From Thermoplasmatota archaeon (GTDB lineage Archaea; Thermoplasmatota; Penumbrarchaeia; Penumbrarchaeales; Penumbrarchaeaceae), in assembly GCA_965234725.1 (NCBI GenBank), contig CBDDUX010000058.1, positions 1 to 46,874 on the forward strand: 46,874 nucleotides of DNA, read 5' to 3'. Below the pieces are notes generated by a model. That model was not told where the DNA came from, ran no database searches, and saw only the letters and a list, made by a program, of their open reading frames with translations. Below, in pieces: positions 40,295 to 46,874 of the stretch. The position numbers and the translations under genes were made by a program. Each line of letters opens with the position of its first letter. The first letter of the stretch is position 1.

Positions 40295-41479
40295 TTAAAA
40301 ATCGTTAATAATATGCATCAAAATATCAATAAAATTGTCAATTTCCTCCTTACTATTATATATTTGAAATGATAGTGAAATAATGTTATCAAAATTATAT
40401 TTTAAAAACCAAGGTTGAGAACACATCATCCCTGTTCTAACGTAAAAATTTCCAACATTCTCTGCAATCATTCCAATATCATGAGAATTAATGTTTTTTA
40501 TTGAAAAATTACATAGATATTGGCCTATATTATTTTCATCCAATCCATGATAAGTTATCCCTTCAATATGACTTATTTGATCCTTAAAATATTTACATAA
40601 CATTAAAATGTAGGAGTCAATATTATCCATGCCAATTTTTTCAAGGTATTCAAGAATTATTTGAACGCAACTAATGCTAGGTAGATTGTAGGTACCGATT
40701 TCAAATTTTTCTGGAACTCTTATGATTTTATAATCATTAAATGAAATGGGAGATATATTACCTTCACCATAAAATAATACTGGAAAAGATTCTAATAATT
40801 CTTCCTTCCCGTATAGGATTCCTATTCCGCTTGGACCACACATATTGTCAAGTGTAAATGTTAAGAAGTCAATATCAAGTTTTTTAACATCTATTTGTGA
40901 GTAAGGAGCCATTAATTGGGCATCTACTAAGACATATGAATTATTATCATGTGCTATTTCAATTATCTCTTTAAGTGGATATTCAGAACCATCAATAAAA
41001 GAAGGTGAAGTTAAACTTACCAATTTAATATCATTCTTTATTAACTTTTTGTACATCATAAAATTGAACCCATATTTTTTATCAGAATCAATTGGATAAT
41101 GTCGAATTTGACCATTGCATTTCCAAGGATAGAAATTTGAATTTCTTTCTTTATCTGTTGTTAAAACAGATACAGGTTTGCTTCTTTTTATTATATTCGA
41201 CACCATATTGATTGCATTTGAAGAATTATTAACAAAAATTATTTCATTTGAAGAATTGCAATTAATAAAATTTCTTACTTTTTTTCTTGAACCTTTAATA
41301 ATCTCATCTTGATTGGATGAAATTGTGTGAACACTCTTTGTTCCACTTGGAATGCAATAGATTTCTCGAATTTTATCTATAACTATATTAGGTTTAAATG
41401 AACTAATTGTATTATCAAACCAAGTGATTTCACTAGATAGAGAATAGCTGAAATCAGATTTAATAATGTTATTAATAAT
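40295..41479 (-). CDS. SufS/class V aminotransferase paralogue lacking the PLP-binding Lys (probable pseudoenzyme); predicted ATT start
   Basis: The frame is open for 92 codons upstream of the ORF-track ATG, back to the TAG at 41483-41485, and aligns with the neighbouring SufS N-terminus (IKSDF...WFDNTISSFKP...SRKKVRNFINC...EIIFVNNSSNAIN). TFTLDNMCGP replaces TFSIHKMVGP; RTGMMC keeps the Cys. Confidence 0.8.
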   Translation of the reverse strand: MINNIIKSDFSYSLSSEITWFDNTISSFKPNIVIDKIREIYCIPSGTKSVHTISSNQDEIIKGSRKKVRNFINCNSSNEIIFVNNSSNAINMVSNIIKRSKPVSVLTTDKERNSNFYPWKCNGQIRHYPIDSDKKYGFNFMMYKKLIKNDIKLVSLTSPSFIDGSEYPLKEIIEIAHDNNSYVLVDAQLMAPYSQIDVKKLDIDFLTFTLDNMCGPSGIGILYGKEELLESFPVLFYGEGNISPISFNDYKIIRVPEKFEIGTYNLPSISCVQIILEYLEKIGMDNIDSYILMLCKYFKDQISHIEGITYHGLDENNIGQYLCNFSIKNINSHDIGMIAENVGNFYVRTGMMCSQPWFLKYNFDNIISLSFQIYNSKEEIDNFIDILMHIINDF

Positions 41480-41482
41480 TGT

Positions 41483-41743
41483 CTATCCCTCCTTTCTTAA
41501 TGATTGAATTTTCCACTTAATAATACCGAAAGGGCTACTTGGTGTTATTTCTAACAAATACTCCTTCTTTACCATTGCTCTAATAATAATTGGGACATTG
41601 CACCCTGTAAAAAGCTCAAAATATTTAGTATTCTCTGATTTCATTTCATCTAAATTGGAAGTGATATCATTCAAGGATGCAATACCTTTTATCCTTACAA
41701 TATCATATATTAATTTTTCTTTTTCATTCATATATTCCCTCAT
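41483..41743 (-). CDS. Small hypothetical protein, winged-helix-like, with a single Cys (FTGCN)
   Basis: ATGA overlap with the sufS stop; 86 aa; helix pattern EKLIYDIVR..GIASLNDI...IIRAMVKKEYL. Confidence 0.65.
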   Translation of the reverse strand: MREYMNEKEKLIYDIVRIKGIASLNDITSNLDEMKSENTKYFELFTGCNVPIIIRAMVKKEYLLEITPSSPFGIIKWKIQSLRKEG

Positions 41744-43023
41744 GTCCAATTGGAGTCTTCACTAATAATTTTATTAATAACATCTATAAATAAATCTATT
41801 TCTTCAAAGGTATTATATATATATAAAGAAGCACGAGCTGATCCGACTTTACCAATCCCCTGGGCATTGAACCAACTATGCACACAGTGATCCCCTGATC
41901 TGATCATAATATTTGAGGTATTATCCAATATTCTAGCTATTTCACTAGGTGGTATTTCCGTTATATTTCTCTTGATTTTAAAACTTACAATTCCAGCCCT
42001 ATCTTTTGGATTTTTCGGACCCAATATCGTCACTTCTGGAATTCTCAATAACTTTTCAGACATGTATTTATTAAGTTCATACTCATAATTATGAATATTA
42101 TCCATACCAATATTCATTAAATACTCCGCAGCAGCTCCAGCTCCAATTTGACCAGCGTAGTTTCTTAAACCGGCTTCAAATTTATATGGCGCATCCTGCC
42201 AAACAACATTGTTATAAAAAGAATTTTCAACGGTATCACCCCCTACAATAAACGGTGATAAACCTGCTATTTCCTCTTTTTTGCAATAAAGAACCCCCAT
42301 ACCACTAGGCCCTACCATTTTATGTATAGAAAAAGTGAAGAAGTCCACATCAAGATCAATCACATCTATTTTCTGATGAGGGGCACTTTGTGCTCCGTCA
42401 ATTAAAACCTTTATATTATTATCATGAGCAATATTTACGATCTCCTTTACAGGTATCGACCTGCCATCAAGATTTGAAGTATGTACCATACTTATCAATT
42501 TTACCTTCTTAGTTATTTTCTCTTGATAAGTGTCTATATCAAATAATTGTTCTTCATTGCTCTCTACTATTCTTACTTTGATCTTATTTCTAAGGTTCTC
42601 TTGATTTACTCTATGTAACCATGGTATTAGATTTGAATTATGTTCATGATCAGTTATTAAAACCTCATCTCCTTCGGAAAATGGGTAACTGTTTGCAATT
42701 AAATTTATACCCTCCGTAGTATTTCTTGTCCAAATAATCTCCTTGATTTCCTCTTCATCATATAAACTTGGATTTCTAGCATTGATAAATGATCGAATTT
42801 TATCTCTGGCATCATATGTTGCTTCTTGAACTCTCTTTGCAAACCAATGTGCACTCCTTCCATGCCCTCCACAGGCAGGAAATTCATTGTAATAGGAATT
42901 CATTTTGTTTATTACAAATGAAGGTTTCAAAGTCATACAAGCGTTGTCCATATATATGGGACATTTACCATTTCTCTCTTGATTTAAACATGGGAAATCA
43001 TCCCTGATTCTATTTACATCCAT
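41740..43023 (-). CDS. sufS: Cysteine desulfurase, SufS/group II type
   Basis: YMDNA, RNTTEGIN, EHNSNLIPW, DGAQ, SIHKMVGPSGMG (PLP Lys), FEAG, IRSGDHC (catalytic Cys), RASLYIYN; GGAG SD. Confidence 0.92.
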   Translation of the reverse strand: MDVNRIRDDFPCLNQERNGKCPIYMDNACMTLKPSFVINKMNSYYNEFPACGGHGRSAHWFAKRVQEATYDARDKIRSFINARNPSLYDEEEIKEIIWTRNTTEGINLIANSYPFSEGDEVLITDHEHNSNLIPWLHRVNQENLRNKIKVRIVESNEEQLFDIDTYQEKITKKVKLISMVHTSNLDGRSIPVKEIVNIAHDNNIKVLIDGAQSAPHQKIDVIDLDVDFFTFSIHKMVGPSGMGVLYCKKEEIAGLSPFIVGGDTVENSFYNNVVWQDAPYKFEAGLRNYAGQIGAGAAAEYLMNIGMDNIHNYEYELNKYMSEKLLRIPEVTILGPKNPKDRAGIVSFKIKRNITEIPPSEIARILDNTSNIMIRSGDHCVHSWFNAQGIGKVGSARASLYIYNTFEEIDLFIDVINKIISEDSNWT

Positions 43024-43073
43024 AGTCTCCCCATGATGAACTCCTCTACTAGAATATATAATTATTCAAATGG

Positions 43074-43250
43074 CAGTAGTTCACTAAGTTTCATATCATG
43101 ATCTGGTACACTGGCCCACCGGTACCTTTATATAAAAGGTGGGCGTCCCCCCATGCCCACCAAAGCAAAGGGGGGACAATCCCACAAGAACGAGTATGTA
43201 CTGAAAGCTCATGAATGTTTTGATTCGGTTGTTTCGAACCTGACAAAACA
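43074..43250 (+). mobile_element. Truncated left end of a related ISH3-like element
   Basis: CAGTAGTTCAC end, GTACACTGGCC...CGGTACCTTTATATA and ATGCC, all paralleling 43251-43333; a short frameshifted transposase start (...HECFDS vs ...NECFAP). Confidence 0.7.
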
Positions 43251-44576
43251 CAGTAGTTCACCAGTTTTTACATAGTTGATTTGTACACTGGCCTATCGGT
43301 ACCTTTATATATGAGGGGACGCTACCCTATGCCTTCCAAAACAAAACGGCATAGGCCCCAGGGAACACTGAAACGTTTTGGTCCTAATGAATGCTTTGCT
43401 CCTGCTATGAATGCACTTGAGAAATTTATCCCGATCAAAACTCAAGGGAAATGGAACCAGAAAGATATTCATACATCATCGATCGGAATGACGTCGGAAA
43501 GAATGTCCATTCATTCCATACAACCTGTGATCAAGGATTGTCCAACAGAAACACCATTTCGCAACCACTTATCTAAGCTCAACATGGAATATCTCAAAAG
43601 AATCAATCAAGAATTGCTTACCAACAAAATTATCGAAGAAATCTTCAGACATAAACCAGTCAAGATTGCAATTGATGAAACAGATGACACATATTATGGA
43701 GAGATTACATCGATAAACAATGAAAATGTGGTGAAATATAAAGTAAAGAAATCAACCAAGTTCTTCTACATATACATCACTCTATATCTGATACTGGGTG
43801 ACTGGAAACTGACACTCAGTATCTTGCCAGTCAAAAAGAAAACAACCATACTGGCATACATCAAGCAAATGTTGAAAAAGGTTGAAAATCTCGATTTCTC
43901 CATAGAAGTTCTACTTTTGGACAGGGGATTCTATGGATCTGAACTGTTCAGATACCTCATGCAGGAAGAGATACCGGATATTGCGCCCGTGAAAGTTCAC
44001 AGCGAGGATATGAACCAATTGCTCAAGGGACGCAAATCAAGATATGCCAAGTACACCATGAGTAAAACCACAAACCCACTTGAACTCGATGTGGCTATAT
44101 GTGTGAAGTATCTGAATGGAAGATATGACAAACATGAGAACAGAAATTATGGATACTTCGTATATGGAATAGACTGGAAACCTAACAAGGTCACTTCTGT
44201 CTACAGTAAAAGATTCGGCATAGAATCATCATATCGAATGAGGAACATTGTCAAACCGAGAACAAATACCAAGAATCCTGTTATCATGTATTATTTTGCG
44301 CTAGTATCATTGTTGTTGAAGAACATCTGGGTATCGCTTCGATATCGTTCATTTCCTCAAATACGAAGAGGTCCAAGAATCGTGGATGAGGATAAGTTCA
44401 GGTTCGACCAATTCAGATTGATGTTATGGTATGCATTTTGTAGACTGTTCGGTTTTGAACGACTAATACCCATTCATAGGTCCAAGGGATCGCATGTGAT
44501 GATTATGATGCTTGCATACGAAAATCGTTCATATAAAGGAGAAAAATGGTGAAGTACTGAAAATGGTGAAGTACTG
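43251..44576 (+). mobile_element. ISH3-family (IS4-like) insertion sequence with a tandemly duplicated right end
   Basis: Left IR CAGTAGTTCACCAGTTT (43251-43267); right IR AAAATGGTGAAGTACTG present twice (44543-44559, 44560-44576), matching the left IR at 15/17. Confidence 0.85.
43329..44552 (+). CDS. ISH3-family DDE transposase
   Basis: IAIDET, LLLDRGFY, YSKRFGIESSYR, LLKNIW; ATG 43329 lies downstream of the TATA box CTTTATATA. Confidence 0.88.
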   Translation: MPSKTKRHRPQGTLKRFGPNECFAPAMNALEKFIPIKTQGKWNQKDIHTSSIGMTSERMSIHSIQPVIKDCPTETPFRNHLSKLNMEYLKRINQELLTNKIIEEIFRHKPVKIAIDETDDTYYGEITSINNENVVKYKVKKSTKFFYIYITLYLILGDWKLTLSILPVKKKTTILAYIKQMLKKVENLDFSIEVLLLDRGFYGSELFRYLMQEEIPDIAPVKVHSEDMNQLLKGRKSRYAKYTMSKTTNPLELDVAICVKYLNGRYDKHENRNYGYFVYGIDWKPNKVTSVYSKRFGIESSYRMRNIVKPRTNTKNPVIMYYFALVSLLLKNIWVSLRYRSFPQIRRGPRIVDEDKFRFDQFRLMLWYAFCRLFGFERLIPIHRSKGSHVMIMMLAYENRSYKGEKW

Positions 44577-44635
44577 ATAAAAAGTAAATACTAAAAAAGA
44601 AATCGCAAACTTACCGACACATTGGAGGAAGGAGA

Positions 44636-46015
44636 ATGGATCCGGATAAATTGTTTTTAGAGCAGGTAAAGGAATCTACAGGATGTACTGAAATTGTTGC
44701 AATTGCGCTAGTTACATCATTAGCAAAAAATTCATTGCTCGGAAGGATTCCTCCTTTCTTACCACATGAAGGACAAAATGAAGTGGGTGGGATAGATGAG
44801 TTTGATGTAAATAACATAGAAGAAATTTATATTGAATGTGATCGTAATGTTTTTAAAAATGCAAAATCTGTTGGAATACCAATGGACAATGGGAAGGGAA
44901 AAGGCATTAAACTAGCTGCTACTATTGGACTATTTTGCAATTTGGAGGATTTAGATAAAAATGTTAGTATTTTACAAATTTTCGAGACAGTGAATGAACC
45001 AGATATTGAAAAAGCAAAACAATTAAATAAGAAAATAAAAATAAAAATCTCAGTAAAAGATGAATATAAGTCCCATTCTAACATTGATATATTTTGTAGG
45101 ATTGCTTATACCACTCCATCATTCTTCGGAGTTGCTAGGATTACAGGTGAACATAGCTATGTTAACGAGATAGCAAATAAAAATGGTATATTATTTTCAC
45201 GCCCTAAAAAAGAGCTCACACCAAATGAAAATAAAAGGAATTATTTCCAGTCTTTGACACTAAATAAAATCATATCATTATCTGAAAATCTTTCAGAAGA
45301 TGTTAAAAAAAGAATTGAAACCGGAATTATGATGAATAATAAACTTGTTGAAGAAGGATTAAATAATCCTTGGGGAATGGAAATTGGAAGAAAACTTAAT
45401 TCGATGATTAAAAATGGTAAATTGAAGGAAGATGTAATTTCTGTAACAAAAATGAATGCGTCAGCTGCAGCGGATGCAAGAATGGGGGGGAAAAAATTAC
45501 CAGCAATGGGATCCGCAGGATCTGGCAATCAAGGAATTACTGCTTCAATCCCAATAATAACTGTAGCAAAATGGTATGGTATTACTGATCAAGATCTTAT
45601 CAATAAATCACTTGCCATTTCCCATTGGGTGACTTCATGGATTACTGGCCATTCGGCAGAATTATCAGCTATGTGTGGATGCACAGTGAAAGCCGGGATT
45701 GGAGCTACTGCGGGAATTACATACCTCCTTGGAGGGAAAGAAGAAGATATTATGAGCTCGATTAACTTAATGGCTGCAAATATCACGGGAATCATTTGTG
45801 ATGGTGCAAAGGAAGGTTGCTCTTTAAAAATAGCAAATGCATCTGGCGTGGCTGTTGAATCTGCATTGTATTCTCTTGAGGGCATTCGTGTTCCATCTGA
45901 TAATGGTATTATCTCTTTTTCCAAAACGGGTACAATAGAAAATGTTGGAAAGATATGCCTTAACATGGTGGATGTAGATAAAGTGTTAGTGGAAGATATT
46001 ATGAAGATGGATTAA
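44636..46015 (+). CDS. cyuA: L-cysteine desulfidase (CyuA/YhaM, serine dehydratase-alpha-like Fe-S enzyme)
   Basis: GCTE, NVFKNAKSVGIP, AADARMGG, GSGNQGITAS, LSAMCGC, GIICDGAKEGCSLK; GGAG SD. Confidence 0.88.
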   Translation: MDPDKLFLEQVKESTGCTEIVAIALVTSLAKNSLLGRIPPFLPHEGQNEVGGIDEFDVNNIEEIYIECDRNVFKNAKSVGIPMDNGKGKGIKLAATIGLFCNLEDLDKNVSILQIFETVNEPDIEKAKQLNKKIKIKISVKDEYKSHSNIDIFCRIAYTTPSFFGVARITGEHSYVNEIANKNGILFSRPKKELTPNENKRNYFQSLTLNKIISLSENLSEDVKKRIETGIMMNNKLVEEGLNNPWGMEIGRKLNSMIKNGKLKEDVISVTKMNASAAADARMGGKKLPAMGSAGSGNQGITASIPIITVAKWYGITDQDLINKSLAISHWVTSWITGHSAELSAMCGCTVKAGIGATAGITYLLGGKEEDIMSSINLMAANITGIICDGAKEGCSLKIANASGVAVESALYSLEGIRVPSDNGIISFSKTGTIENVGKICLNMVDVDKVLVEDIMKMD

Positions 46016-46027
46016 ATAAGTGATTGA

Positions 46028-46648
46028 ATGAAAAAGTTAAAAATACTTATCGCTGCGGGCCCTACTCGAGAATATATTGATCCCATTAGGTATATTCAAA
46101 ACAGTTCATCAGGAAGAACAGGTATTGAAATTGCCAAGGAATCAAAAAAACTTGGACATTATGTGAAATTATTATATGGACCCGGTAGTGAAAAAGTCCC
46201 TGAAGATATTGATTGGATCACATATATATCCACTAATGACCTTCTAAACTTAGTATTAAATGAAATAAAATACTATGATGTATTCATTTGTGCTTCAGCT
46301 ATCGCAGATTATTCTCCAATTAAAGTAGAAAAGAAAATAAAATCTTCAAATAGAAATATCCACTTAGAACTAAAACCTAATAAAAAAATAATAAATGAAG
46401 TAAAGAAAATTGCACGAAATGGCACACTTATCGTTTCCTTCAAACTTGAAGTAGGAATTACTGAAAGTGAACTAATTGATATAGCAAAAAAATCTTTGAG
46501 TGATATTGTTGTTGCAAATGATTTTTGTAAGATGGATTCAAATTTCCATCCAGCAATTATAATTTCTAATAATAAATTAATAAGAGTAAATAACAATCAA
46601 GAATTAGCAAGAGAACTTCTCGCTACTATAGAAGCAATAAAAAGGTGA
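46028..46648 (+). CDS. coaB: Stand-alone phosphopantothenate--cysteine ligase (CoaB) domain protein
   Basis: GPTREYIDPIRYIQNSSSGRTG, AIADY, LKPNKKII, SFKLE, VVAND; no N-terminal CoaC flavoprotein domain. Confidence 0.85.
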   Translation: MKKLKILIAAGPTREYIDPIRYIQNSSSGRTGIEIAKESKKLGHYVKLLYGPGSEKVPEDIDWITYISTNDLLNLVLNEIKYYDVFICASAIADYSPIKVEKKIKSSNRNIHLELKPNKKIINEVKKIARNGTLIVSFKLEVGITESELIDIAKKSLSDIVVANDFCKMDSNFHPAIIISNNKLIRVNNNQELARELLATIEAIKR

Positions 46649-46709
46649 GAAATACAAGTAATGATAAAATTAATATAAAACAAGGATATCCATCCAATAG
46701 TTCATCTCG

Positions 46710-46785
46710 GGAGAGGTGGCGGAGCCTGGTTTCGCGTCCGACTGCAGATCGGTTAACATGGGTTCAAATCCCATCCTCTCCTCCA
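46710..46785 (+). tRNA. tRNA-Cys(GCA) with encoded CCA
   Basis: Acceptor GGAGAGG/CCTCTCC, D stem GCGG/TCGC, anticodon arm TCCGA-CTGCAGA-TCGGT (GCA 46744-46746), T arm ATGGG-TTCAAAT-CCCAT, U73, CCA at 46783-46785; AT-rich TATA-like tract ~30 nt upstream. Confidence 0.92.
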
Positions 46786-46874
46786 TTTCTTTTATTATTA
46801 CAATGACGACATTCGAATAGGGTGCAATCCCATTTATTAGGTAATTTTTCATAGCATCCAGAATGATAGTACCA

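Noticed and set aside
40295..43023. DNA phosphorothioation (dndA/sspA) or suf Fe-S operon
   Set aside because: No dndBCDE, ssp, sufBCD or sufU/E homologues are visible in the window.
44543..44576. Mini CRISPR array or independent tandem repeat
   Set aside because: Two spacer-less copies that match the IS terminal inverted repeat; no CRISPR array was seen anywhere in the window.
46670..46852. 60-aa - strand ORF
   Set aside because: Antisense translation of tRNA-Cys (MGFEP... pattern).

Overview
Archaeal chromosomal segment, probably from an uncultured Thermoplasmatota (inferred from membrane LonB, class I CCA enzyme, split transketolase plus transaldolase, PriS/GINS, Tsr3 and PKD/CARDB surface proteins). 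Bases 1-38261 are host-like DNA of moderate GC. They carry housekeeping genes, a 1524-aa membrane-anchored GH97 glycosidase on an Ig-like repeat stalk, a complete Mrp-linked membrane-bound [NiFe] hydrogenase operon (Mbh; MbhH-MbhI fused, MbhJ apparently starting at CTG) and a soluble group 3b hydrogenase operon (beta-gamma fused), each with a maturation protease. After tRNA-Ile2(CAU) at 38188-38261 the sequence turns into an AT-rich, IS-scarred island: a pRiA4b ORF-3 pseudogene, an IS1-family element with a -1 frameshift, and an ISH3-like element with doubled ends. Its cargo is entirely cysteine-themed: an intact SufS-type cysteine desulfurase, a small Cys-containing protein, a SufS paralogue lacking the PLP lysine, and, divergently, an L-cysteine desulfidase (CyuA/YhaM family), a stand-alone CoaB-like cysteine ligase and an atypical CCA-encoded tRNA-Cys(GCA). 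This cysteine island is the best candidate for an undescribed system. All calls come from motif recognition by eye; no database searches were run.
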